From an uncultured bacterium (GTDB taxonomy: Bacteria > Fidelibacterota > Fidelibacteria > Fidelibacterales > Fidelibacteraceae), in assembly GCA_964572745.1 (NCBI GenBank), contig CAZNFT010000001.1, positions 86,841 to 150,840 of the forward strand: a stretch of 64,000 nt of DNA, given 5' to 3'. The translations under genes were made by a program, and so were the position numbers. The notes under the pieces were generated by a model, which had not been told where the DNA came from, did no database searches, and saw nothing but the letters and a program-made list of their open reading frames with translations. Below, piece by piece: positions 38,780 to 48,139 of this stretch. Each line of letters begins with the position of its first letter. Position 1 is the stretch's first letter.

Positions 38780-40216
38780 ATGTTGGTAAGTGTAGGCGGA
38801 AGTGTGGATAACATTCAATTTGATGAAAAAGCTCTTGAAGAAGAATCTAACTGGGGTAAATGTGTAGAAGACTTGGAAAGCAGCGTAAATGCTCAGTCTT
38901 TTTCCTCTTGGTTTGCTCCCTTAAAATACTGTTCAAATGAGAATGGTGTTTTAACTTTATCAGCACCTAATAAATTCCATATTGAGTTCATTGAATATAA
39001 TTATTGGGATACGCTTTCACCTATTATAGACAAATATTTTCCTTCAAATAAAAAAGTACAATTCATTATTAATTCCCAGCCAAAGCCGAATTTAAATAAT
39101 GAGGTGATGAAAAAGGCTAGCCCCGGAATTAAAATAAATCTTGATGTAGAGAGTGTAAAAGCAAGTCCGCCTAAGCAAGATTTATATTCAACCTTTAATA
39201 GTCGCTTCACTTTTGAAGAATTTGTTGAAGGGCCACATAATCAATTTGCAAAGGTGGCGGCTTCTTCTGTATCGGAAAACCCCGGAAAAAGTTATAATCC
39301 TCTTTTTATTTATGGAGGTACAGGCTTAGGAAAAACTCACTTGCTTCAAGCTATAGGAAATCGTGCTTATGTAAGAAATCCCTATCGCAGGATTATTTAT
39401 GTATCTATCGATACTTTTATGCGAGATTTTATAGATGCCATACAAAATAACAAAAAAAATGATTTCAGTATGTTATATAAGCAGGCAGATATCCTATTAG
39501 TGGATGATGTCCAATTCTTAAAATCCAGAGAAGGGACGCAAGAGCAGTTTTTCCATATATTTAATGATTTGCTCCAGCGAGATAAACAGATCGTTATAAC
39601 TTCGGATAGACCACCGAAGGAGTTAGAGGGTTTGGAAGAACGTCTTGTGTCCCGTTTTCTTTCCGGCCTTATGGTAGATGTTCAGGCACCTGATCTGGAA
39701 TCTCGTATTGCTATTCTTCAGCACAAAACTCTTGTAGAAAATTTAGATATTCCCTATGAAGTTATAGAGTTTATAGCACAAAATATTTCTTCTAATATCC
39801 GTGAGCTTGAAGGTACTTTAACGACCTTGCTGGCTAGATCTTCTTTGGGACATATAGACATTACCCTGGGTCTTGCAAAGTCTGTTTTAATGGATATGAA
39901 GGGTCTGAAAAAAGACCAGATGATCTCAATTGATACAGTGCAAAAGGTTGTTAGCCGTTATTATAAAGTTACTCCCAACGAACTTGTTGGTAAAGGTCGC
40001 CGAAAAGAAGTAGCCCTGGCTCGCCAGATCATGATGTATTTATGTCGGGAATTATGTTCGGCTTCTTTAAAAACCATTGGTCTTCGCTTGGGTGGCCGCG
40101 ATCACACAACAGTTATGTATGGCGTTCGCGAAATAGCTAAACGATGCAAGAATGATGATGCGTTTAAAAGAGAAATTGCTTTAATCACTCAGCAAGTGGA
40201 GTTTGAAGGAGATTAA
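38780..40216 (+). CDS. dnaA: Chromosomal replication initiator protein DnaA
   Basis: 478 aa. Walker A GGTGLGKTHLL, box VII/sensor motifs and C-terminal DNA-binding block GGRDHTTVMYGVREI. The start may be GTG 38804 rather than ATG 38780. Confidence 0.95.
   Translation: MLVSVGGSVDNIQFDEKALEEESNWGKCVEDLESSVNAQSFSSWFAPLKYCSNENGVLTLSAPNKFHIEFIEYNYWDTLSPIIDKYFPSNKKVQFIINSQPKPNLNNEVMKKASPGIKINLDVESVKASPPKQDLYSTFNSRFTFEEFVEGPHNQFAKVAASSVSENPGKSYNPLFIYGGTGLGKTHLLQAIGNRAYVRNPYRRIIYVSIDTFMRDFIDAIQNNKKNDFSMLYKQADILLVDDVQFLKSREGTQEQFFHIFNDLLQRDKQIVITSDRPPKELEGLEERLVSRFLSGLMVDVQAPDLESRIAILQHKTLVENLDIPYEVIEFIAQNISSNIRELEGTLTTLLARSSLGHIDITLGLAKSVLMDMKGLKKDQMISIDTVQKVVSRYYKVTPNELVGKGRRKEVALARQIMMYLCRELCSASLKTIGLRLGGRDHTTVMYGVREIAKRCKNDDAFKREIALITQQVEFEGD
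38803..38811 (-). promoter_or_regulatory. Perfect DnaA box (TGTGGATAA = complement of TTATCCACA)
   Basis: Read directly. Lies within the first 11 codons of the longest dnaA ORF and overlaps an in-frame GTG at 38804 that could be the true start. Confidence 0.65.
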
Positions 40217-40263
40217 AGATAGCAGTTCTGAGAAAACAATATTATTAAGTTTTATGCTAAGTG

Positions 40264-40734
40264 TTACTTACTTATCCCAAATTCTTTTAAAATAGAATCC
40301 GAATGACCTTTTACTCTTACCCGACCATATATTTTTATAATCTTAGCTTCTTCATCAATTAAAAATGTTTTACGAATTACGCCTATGCTGATTTTTCCAT
40401 ACATATTTTTTTCGCCCCAAGCACCGTATTTCTTCATGGTTTCTTTATTTTCATCTGATAGAAGCAAAAAAGGTAATTCATATTTATCGATGAATTTTTG
40501 ATGAGACTCTGGATTATCTTTTGAAATACCAATAATGACAATATCATTATCCGTATAAGCCTTGTAATCATCTCTGAAAGAACAAGCTTCTGTGGTGCAA
40601 CCCGGAGTATCATCTTTGGGGTAAAAATACAGAACAATGCGTTTCCCCAGAAAATCTGAAAGACGGTGGTATTTTCCATCTTTATCAGGTAGTTTAAAAT
40701 CAGGCGCCAGCTCGTTAATGTGTAAAAGCTCCAT
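40264..40734 (-). CDS. bcp: Thioredoxin-dependent peroxiredoxin (Bcp type)
   Basis: 156 aa. FYPKDDTPGCTTEAC active site. Confidence 0.9.
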   Translation of the reverse strand: MELLHINELAPDFKLPDKDGKYHRLSDFLGKRIVLYFYPKDDTPGCTTEACSFRDDYKAYTDNDIVIIGISKDNPESHQKFIDKYELPFLLLSDENKETMKKYGAWGEKNMYGKISIGVIRKTFLIDEEAKIIKIYGRVRVKGHSDSILKEFGISK

Positions 40735-40761
40735 TTAAGTCCCTTTCTTTATACTAAAAAC

Positions 40762-41790
40762 TTATTGATTTTTAATGCGTTTTTTTAAGAATTTATCCAT
40801 GGCTTTACGAACACGTGCCATCTCATGTGTAATACCTAAATGCCCGCGATTATTATCTAAGAGCAATGTTTTTGCATTGGTCATTTCTGCAAATTTCAGC
40901 GCTTCCCAAGGAGAAACAGTATGGTCTTGTTTATTTACAATAATAAAAAGATCGGTTTTTATTCTTTGGGCTGTTTTTTTTATATTATATTCATCCCGCC
41001 AACTGATATCATTATAATAGAGAGCTTTTGTTTGAGAGTAAAAGTTATCTTGCGTAAAAAGCGCCGGCTTGTAGCTGTCGAATTTTGCAATATAGTCTTC
41101 TGCCTGATCGTGGGACATTTCCAGAGAAAAGTATTCAGGTGACTTGCCATTCATATTTTGTATTAAATTGACCGACCTCATGTATTCTTGGGGAGAAATA
41201 TCATATTTTCGTCCTAACTCAATGATATCCAGACTTATTTTATGTCGCATTTTATCGTAGCTAGAGTTTCTGGGAGAGCAGACATATAAAATCGCTTTAT
41301 CGGCTAGTTCGGGGTATTCGGCAATAAGCTCAAATCCCTGCATTGATCCCATTGACCCTCCCACAATCGCATGTAAGTGTTCGATACCGAGATAATCGAG
41401 GACAGCTTTTTGACAACGAGCCATATCTATAAGTCGGATTTCCGGAAAGAGCTCGCCAGCTTGAGTTACTGAGTTAGATGGTGATGTAGAAACTCCATTT
41501 GCCAGAGCATCGACCATTACAATGCAATAGGCAGAGGTATCGATAAAATTATATTTTGTTATCAGCCCTGCGATATGTTCCGATGTACCTCCATGCCATG
41601 TTGGGTAGAGAATGTAATTTGATCCTTCATCATTTGCTTTTCCAAGAATGCGGTATCCCATAGAACAATCATTTAAGGTTTGGCCGGAAAATAACATAAG
41701 ATCGCCAAGTTCAGCGAAATTTAAGGAAGGTGTAGCAAGAAGACTGATAGCTAGAAATAAAAATAAAACTAGACTTGTAATTTTTTTCAT
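40762..41790 (-). CDS. Secreted alpha/beta-fold hydrolase (MetX/homoserine-acetyltransferase-like fold)
   Basis: 342 aa with signal peptide and nucleophile elbow GGSMGSMQG. Confidence 0.6.
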   Translation of the reverse strand: MKKITSLVLFLFLAISLLATPSLNFAELGDLMLFSGQTLNDCSMGYRILGKANDEGSNYILYPTWHGGTSEHIAGLITKYNFIDTSAYCIVMVDALANGVSTSPSNSVTQAGELFPEIRLIDMARCQKAVLDYLGIEHLHAIVGGSMGSMQGFELIAEYPELADKAILYVCSPRNSSYDKMRHKISLDIIELGRKYDISPQEYMRSVNLIQNMNGKSPEYFSLEMSHDQAEDYIAKFDSYKPALFTQDNFYSQTKALYYNDISWRDEYNIKKTAQRIKTDLFIIVNKQDHTVSPWEALKFAEMTNAKTLLLDNNRGHLGITHEMARVRKAMDKFLKKRIKNQ

Positions 41791-41879
41791 GTGTTAAATC
41801 CGTTTTTTATAAGAAAATATAAGATTTTTTTATTTACTGTAAAAGGCTTTTAGATTTTTAAGCTTTTAGGTATTAAATG

Positions 41880-43040
41880 TTATTTGTCAGAATTAATAGC
41901 ATTAACGCACGCGCGAATACCGGCAAGACCTTTTTGAATATCAGATTCTTCAATGGCAAAGGAAATACGAATATACGCTTCAGCAAGAGGACCAAAATGA
42001 GAGCCCGGAGTAACAAGGATACCATACTCTTCTCTAAGGATCTTAGAAAAGCGCAGGTCGGACATTTTGTTCTTTAATGCAGAGCTGATATTTAAAAGGA
42101 TGAAATATCCGGCTTCAGAGTGAATATAATTAGTCAGATCATGATCTTCTAAGGTCTCGAACATTAATTTGCGCCTGTTCTGGAGAATTGATAGTAGTTT
42201 TTCTTTGGTTTCATCTCCTAATCCACTCACCATGCGCAAAGCTAATCTCTGTGAAAAGGTGTTGGCACAGGTAGAGGAAATGTAACGAACAGAGTTCACG
42301 GCTTCGGTTATTTCGGGGTGAGCAAAGAGCCAACCGATTCGAAGTCCGCTGATGCTGAATAATTTTGTCATGCTTGAAAAAGTGATTACATGATCGGCAT
42401 ATCCTGAAAACGAGCAGGAGTTAGTAGCATTAAAACGAATTTCATAAAAAGATTCGTCGACCAGAATATAAATATCATGTTCTTCACAATAAGCGGATAG
42501 CTTTGCGAATTCATTTTTATCGAACATTTGTCCTGTTGCGAGTAGCGGATTATTGACCAATATAGCACGTGTTTTTTCGCTAAGGGATTCAATTATTTTA
42601 TCTGCAGTCGCTGCATACTTGGTGTCCAATGAAATGGGATATTCTTGAACAGTACCGGAAAAAAAGTGACCGACGGCCTCATGAGCTCTTAAGGTAAGAG
42701 CCGGTACCAATAATTCATCTTCGGGTTCTAATATGGCTGCCAAAACACAAAAGAGTGCTTCAGTTGTTCCGGTAGTAATAGTTATACCGGGCAGACCCCA
42801 TTCGAGATCATGTTTTTGGGCAAGAGCTTCTCTTAAAAGAGGCATTCCGGCGGTTTCTGTATAGTTCAGATTTTCTGAGCGTATAATTTCCTGGGCAGCA
42901 TTTAAAATAACTCCGGGTGCCGGGAAAGGTGGCTCGGAAGATGTCATGTCTATATGCCCCTTAGGGATTTCATCTCTGAGGATGCGTTCGCTGGAGCTTA
43001 TAAGGTCTTTTAGATGATGTATGCGTGTGCTGAAATTCAT
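41880..43040 (-). CDS. Class I/II PLP-dependent aminotransferase
   Basis: 386 aa. NNPLLATGQ and SSMTKLFSISGLRIGW (PLP-Lys) blocks. Confidence 0.8.
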   Translation of the reverse strand: MNFSTRIHHLKDLISSSERILRDEIPKGHIDMTSSEPPFPAPGVILNAAQEIIRSENLNYTETAGMPLLREALAQKHDLEWGLPGITITTGTTEALFCVLAAILEPEDELLVPALTLRAHEAVGHFFSGTVQEYPISLDTKYAATADKIIESLSEKTRAILVNNPLLATGQMFDKNEFAKLSAYCEEHDIYILVDESFYEIRFNATNSCSFSGYADHVITFSSMTKLFSISGLRIGWLFAHPEITEAVNSVRYISSTCANTFSQRLALRMVSGLGDETKEKLLSILQNRRKLMFETLEDHDLTNYIHSEAGYFILLNISSALKNKMSDLRFSKILREEYGILVTPGSHFGPLAEAYIRISFAIEESDIQKGLAGIRACVNAINSDK

Positions 43041-43146
43041 GGTATTTTGATATTAAGTCTATTCTTTTGATTTGGCAAGCAATATTTGGCTATGCCATGA
43101 TGAAGCGTTTTTTCTATTAGTCAAGAAAGGGCTAGAATGAGGAGAA

Positions 43147-43178
43147 TAAAAAAAGGATGTTTTAAAACACCCTTTTTT
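43147..43178 (-). terminator. Rho-independent terminator after the M6 protease gene
   Basis: On the minus strand GGGUG-UUUUAAAA-CAUCC followed by U7 (plus-strand A-run 43147..43154). 13 nt past the stop. Confidence 0.6.
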
Positions 43179-43190
43179 ATTCTATGATAT

Positions 43191-46100
43191 CTATTTCATG
43201 AGAAGCATTTTCTTTGTGATCATTTCATCTGCAGCTGATAATCGATATAAATACATACCGGAAGATAGTGTGCTTCCATTGAATGTAACCGTGTAATATC
43301 CGGCTTCTTGAAAACCATTGACAAGAGTAAGGACTTTATGACCACTGAGATCATAAATATCAAGACTTATTTTTTGGCTGAACGGGAGTTCGTAGTTAAT
43401 AGCAGTCCTAGGATTAAATGGATTTGGATAATTTTGCGAGAGGGTAAATTTCTTGGGAAGAGAAGAGGAAATACCAGTTTCACTGACCCAAATATCTACT
43501 TTATGTTGCAAGGAGTCATTTTCATTATCCTTAGCTACTAATGTAAGAGACTCGACTCCCATGTAGTTGCTACCGGGTGTTAAGACAAGAAGAGAATCCG
43601 TGATATCACAAGTAATATCGGAAGGTACATTTTTATATGAATAAGTTAAAGGGTCGCCATTGGGATCCGCAAAGATATTATTTAAATTATATGTGATGCT
43701 TTCATTCATTTTCACATCCAGAGTATCGATGTTTTCATCTATCAATACAGGGGCATCGTTTATAACAGAAATATAATTTTCCTTTACAAAAGTAGAAGAA
43801 TTAGTGCCTTTTTTTGCTACCATTGTTACAGAATATTTACCCGACTGAGTGTAGGTATGCATTAGATCTTTTCCATAATAGAATTCAGCATCGTCACCAA
43901 ATTCCCAAACATAGCTGTCTGCAGAATCCGGAGCACTTACTGTTGTGTTCATAAAACGAACAGTGAGAGGCTTGGAGCCAGTAGGATTTATAGCATAAAA
44001 TCCAGCGGCCATACCGGTATCTATAGCTGAATTAATTTCAAAATCATCAATACACCAATATTTTTCTTTTGCGCCGCGATAGCTGAATTTAAACTTCACA
44101 TCTTTAAATCCCGAAACTAAAGCGCTCATATCGATTTCTGCTAAATCAGGATTTTCGGTGGTTCCCGTCCATCTTGCTGCTTCAAACCACACTTTACCAT
44201 CGTTAATAGTATAAAGTAATCTGGCTAAAGTAATGTTTTTAACTTCCAGACGATGTTGAAATTTTACCACAACTGAGCGACTTAAACCGAAATTAAACGA
44301 TTGAGTAGTCAGTTCCGCATCAATTTGATTGACATCTCCGGCATATTCCGAATCCATAACGATGAATCCATTGTCAGCTGTTTTAGAGTTAAGACTTCTG
44401 TTTAAGGGGTTTTCTGTTCCAAAAGTACCATTGTTATATCGATCATAAACTACCCAAGCTTCTGGAATACCCTCTGAAAAATCCGTAACATAGAAAGGAG
44501 GAGAATTGGTTGAGATCTCTGCTAAATTTCTTTCTGAGTAAATGTAAGCAGAGTCGTTAAAGGAAAAGATAGCATAATTTTGTATTACACCAGCTGTCAG
44601 ACCTGTGTGGTAAAATACAGTATCTATCCCCTTATAGACAACTTCACCGCCCGCCGTAGCGTCACCAATATCGTAGCTTTGCATGCTTTGCGGAAAACCC
44701 AGTTTTGTATCTTCAGCCCAAACTATCATTACAGAATCTTTATCAGCATTTAAGCTCCAGGAAACCGTAACAGAGTCGTAACCCTGTGTAGAAATAGCAA
44801 TGTCCTGAGGACTTTCAACATAGGCATCACCGAACATAAATGTAATAACACCATTGTTTTCATAAATATTTCTCATAGGTGCCATGCTGTAATTATTCGC
44901 CCAGTCTAAGGCGTTTGGATTTGTAAAGTCTGTAAAGCTTCTATTGTTGCTTGTTCCGGGGAAAGGGTCGCCAGCATCAATTGAATAATATGAGAGGCTT
45001 CCAAAACCATCAGCTTCTTCAATATCAAAACCTTGACGATTGGGGTTATTATTTATACTATTATAATTCCAACCGGAATGATTCATATCTATATGATAGA
45101 TTAATAGGCCGTGTCCGGGTATTGCCATATCAAAGCCAGTTTGTTGACGATTTTCCATCATAAAATATTCGCCTTGGGTCTTTGCTTTGAAAAAATAAAT
45201 ATCATTGTGAGTATGTGCCGGATTTACTGTAAGGGCTTGTGTTCTTGTTAATTCTATTGGTTTTGCCCAATTAAGATGTGTTCTTGACCAAGCATTAAAA
45301 ATTGGAGGACGTCGACCACCGTCATTCCAGGAACCGCCATCCATTGCGTCCCAGTCACCTAATCCCGGTGAATTGCCACCACTACCTGCTCCATCTGTAT
45401 CATAAAAATCGGGTAACCCACAGACATGGCCAAATTCGTGACAGATTACACCAATACTTGTCAGTGTTTTCCCGGAAGTTCCATATAATTCGTTTGACGT
45501 GGAATAGTCACCAAAATATTTTCCATCAAGTTGTATATTATTCATAGAATAAGTCCACCAGCGATGTGGCCAGATGGTATTGGCATCAGCACCGGAGGCC
45601 TCGCCATAGCCGGCATAAATAAAATAAATATTATCAACGCGACCATCATTATCGAGATCGTAGTCCGAATAATCTACAAGACTATCTGCAGCAAAAATAG
45701 CATGCTTAACAAAAGTTTGAACATTTTCATCATTACCATTGGAGCCATTTTTACCATAAAATATCCAAGAGCTATCCAGGGTTACAGGACCCACGATATC
45801 GAAAGTCGGGTCAAATTTACCTAAAGAAGTTGTTTGATAATATTCATTCACAGAACCGATGGCGCCATTGTATGTATAATCTTTTGCATTGAATAGAGAA
45901 TCAAAATCTGTAGTAGAATGAGTCATTTTTTTATCCGGGAAATCTACCAAGATGCATAAGAATTTTCGTGAGCCCAGAGTAGGGAATTCAGTGCGTACGA
46001 AAGGATCATCACTGCGAGCAGAAGATCCTGAAACAGAAGCAGTCCGCATAGAATGATTTATTGGCATAGTTTTTCTTGCTGAAAGATCCACAGGCATATC

Positions 46101-46415
46101 TTGGATGTTCGGTAGTTTTTGTACGAGAATGTTTTCTTTTACAGTTCTCATTTGTGGATCATGAGCAGGGGTTCCCGAAAGAACAGCTTCACCATCTTCA
46201 TAAGCTTTTACATATTCAAATTGCCCTTGTTCGTTTCTTTTTATGTGTAAGGCGTCCTCAGTTTGGTGCCAGTGAAAATTTTCATCACCGCGCAAATAGA
46301 CTTTTAAGCTTCGGCCATCCTCATAATTGATAGTTAGAGGTTGCGGATTTGCCGGAACTGCAAACGCAAGTGCTGTAAATACTGTTATAATAAGTGTGAT
46401 AAGTATCTTTTTCAT
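43191..46415 (-). CDS. Secreted M6-family (immune inhibitor A-like) metalloprotease with PKD-like domain and T9SS C-terminal sorting domain
   Basis: ORF 43191..46514. Likely start MKKILITLIITVFTALAFA (46415). Zinc motif HEFGHVCGLPDFYD. C-terminus ...YDLSGHKVLTLVNGFQEAGYYTVTFNGSTLSSGMYLYRLSAADEMITKKMLLMK is a typical T9SS type-A CTD. Confidence 0.85.
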   Translation of the reverse strand: MKKILITLIITVFTALAFAVPANPQPLTINYEDGRSLKVYLRGDENFHWHQTEDALHIKRNEQGQFEYVKAYEDGEAVLSGTPAHDPQMRTVKENILVQKLPNIQDMPVDLSARKTMPINHSMRTASVSGSSARSDDPFVRTEFPTLGSRKFLCILVDFPDKKMTHSTTDFDSLFNAKDYTYNGAIGSVNEYYQTTSLGKFDPTFDIVGPVTLDSSWIFYGKNGSNGNDENVQTFVKHAIFAADSLVDYSDYDLDNDGRVDNIYFIYAGYGEASGADANTIWPHRWWTYSMNNIQLDGKYFGDYSTSNELYGTSGKTLTSIGVICHEFGHVCGLPDFYDTDGAGSGGNSPGLGDWDAMDGGSWNDGGRRPPIFNAWSRTHLNWAKPIELTRTQALTVNPAHTHNDIYFFKAKTQGEYFMMENRQQTGFDMAIPGHGLLIYHIDMNHSGWNYNSINNNPNRQGFDIEEADGFGSLSYYSIDAGDPFPGTSNNRSFTDFTNPNALDWANNYSMAPMRNIYENNGVITFMFGDAYVESPQDIAISTQGYDSVTVSWSLNADKDSVMIVWAEDTKLGFPQSMQSYDIGDATAGGEVVYKGIDTVFYHTGLTAGVIQNYAIFSFNDSAYIYSERNLAEISTNSPPFYVTDFSEGIPEAWVVYDRYNNGTFGTENPLNRSLNSKTADNGFIVMDSEYAGDVNQIDAELTTQSFNFGLSRSVVVKFQHRLEVKNITLARLLYTINDGKVWFEAARWTGTTENPDLAEIDMSALVSGFKDVKFKFSYRGAKEKYWCIDDFEINSAIDTGMAAGFYAINPTGSKPLTVRFMNTTVSAPDSADSYVWEFGDDAEFYYGKDLMHTYTQSGKYSVTMVAKKGTNSSTFVKENYISVINDAPVLIDENIDTLDVKMNESITYNLNNIFADPNGDPLTYSYKNVPSDITCDITDSLLVLTPGSNYMGVESLTLVAKDNENDSLQHKVDIWVSETGISSSLPKKFTLSQNYPNPFNPRTAINYELPFSQKISLDIYDLSGHKVLTLVNGFQEAGYYTVTFNGSTLSSGMYLYRLSAADEMITKKMLLMK

Positions 46416-46526
46416 TAATTTTCTCTTTTTTTGTCTGCGATTTCTTGTGCGTGATATTATAGAAAGCATTTTGAAACAATACAATATTTTAATAAATTTT
46501 TGATTGTTTAACATGAGGTGCTAAAC

Positions 46527-47966
46527 ATGGATAATAAGTTGTTGGTCGAGCGTTCTGCAAAAGGTAAGCAAAGTATTACTTTACCGCTTTGTGATGTACC
46601 TGAATGCAAAATTGAAAATTATATACCCAAAGAGTTTTTGCGGGAAAAAGCTTGCAATTTACCCGAAGTAAGCGAGCCTGAAGTGGTACGCCATTTTGTA
46701 AACCTTTCAACTCTCAATCATCATGTAGATAAAGGTTTTTATCCTCTGGGTTCTTGTACAATGAAATACAACCCCAAGATCAATGAAAAAATTGCTACTT
46801 CGCCCGGCATCAGCGAGCTTCATCCTTTTCAAGATCCCGGCACGGTACAAAGCGCATTGAAAATATATTATGAAGTCGAACAACTTCTTTGCAAGATCAC
46901 GGGAATGGCAGCTTTTACTTTACAGCCGGCAGCGGGCTCACATGGCGAGCTTTGCGGCGTAATGCTTATGCGTGCATATCATAGAGCTAAAAATAATCAT
47001 AAGACTACTATTCTTATTCCGGATTCAGCTCATGGTACAAATCCCGCATCTGTTCACCTGGGCGGTTATAAGGCTGTTACAGTGAAATCGACGGATGAAG
47101 GTCTGGTAGATATTGAGGATCTGAAAGCTAAGCTTAATGATGAAGTTGCCGGGTTTATGCTGACCAATCCCAATACCTTGGGTATTTTTGAAAAAAACGT
47201 GATGGAAATTTCCGAATTGGTCCATTCTGTGGATGGACTTATGTATATGGATGGCGCCAATATGAATGCACTTTTGGGTATTGTAAAAATTGCAGACATG
47301 AATTTTGACATTACTCACTTTAACCTGCATAAAACATTTTCTACACCGCATGGTGGTGGCGGTCCCGGATCCGGTCCTATTGGTGTAGGTGAAAAACTTG
47401 TTTCTTATTTACCGGTTCCCAGAGTCGAAAAAACTGAGGAGGGATATATTCTTGACTGGGATAAAGAAGAGAGTATAGGTAAAATGATGGGTTTTTGGGG
47501 CAATTATGGTGTTATTGCTCGCACCTGGGTTTATATCCGTATGTTGGGTGAAGAAGGTTTAAAGGATGTCTCAAAATATGCCATTATTAATTCAAATTAT
47601 ATTCGTGCTTCACTGGAAGATGTTTACGATCTGCCTTTTAAATCCCCAACAATGCATGAATGTGTATTTTCGGGCAGCAGACAAAAGAAACAAGGTGTAA
47701 AAACTTTAGATATTGCAAAGCGCATGTTGGATTATGGTATTCATGCTCCCACTATTTATTTCCCTCTCATTGTTTCCGAAGCTCTGATGGTTGAGCCCAC
47801 TGAAACCGAAAGCAAAGAAACTCTGGATGATTTTATTCATATTATGAGAACTATTGCTAAAGAATCTGAAGAAAATCCCCAACTTGTACGTTCTGCGCCA
47901 CAAAACACTCCGATTAAACGACTTGATGAGGTGAAGGCGAATAAAGATCTTAATGTTAGATGGTAA
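46527..47966 (+). CDS. gcvPB: Glycine dehydrogenase (aminomethyl-transferring) subunit 2
   Basis: ORF 46518..47966 (GTG). ATG at 46527 follows GAGGTG. PLP-Lys block FNLHKTFSTPHGGGGPGSGP. Confidence 0.9.
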   Translation: MDNKLLVERSAKGKQSITLPLCDVPECKIENYIPKEFLREKACNLPEVSEPEVVRHFVNLSTLNHHVDKGFYPLGSCTMKYNPKINEKIATSPGISELHPFQDPGTVQSALKIYYEVEQLLCKITGMAAFTLQPAAGSHGELCGVMLMRAYHRAKNNHKTTILIPDSAHGTNPASVHLGGYKAVTVKSTDEGLVDIEDLKAKLNDEVAGFMLTNPNTLGIFEKNVMEISELVHSVDGLMYMDGANMNALLGIVKIADMNFDITHFNLHKTFSTPHGGGGPGSGPIGVGEKLVSYLPVPRVEKTEEGYILDWDKEESIGKMMGFWGNYGVIARTWVYIRMLGEEGLKDVSKYAIINSNYIRASLEDVYDLPFKSPTMHECVFSGSRQKKQGVKTLDIAKRMLDYGIHAPTIYFPLIVSEALMVEPTETESKETLDDFIHIMRTIAKESEENPQLVRSAPQNTPIKRLDEVKANKDLNVRW

Positions 47967-48139
47967 AATGCAGAACAGTGATCGGCAAACTGTAAATTGT
48001 TGTGACCAATAGAAGGATTAACAGACAGGGTTGAATTTCTTCAAGGAACAATTGACGGGCATAGTCGTAAATCTTCAGACCTAAAAAAAATCTCTTTATA
48101 ATCCCGGAATGACCGGATAATATATTAATAGGAAAGAAA

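Noticed and set aside
46416-46526. Glycine riboswitch ahead of gcvPB
   Set aside because: The 110-nt leader is AT-rich and has none of the GGAGAG...CACCG-type conserved elements.
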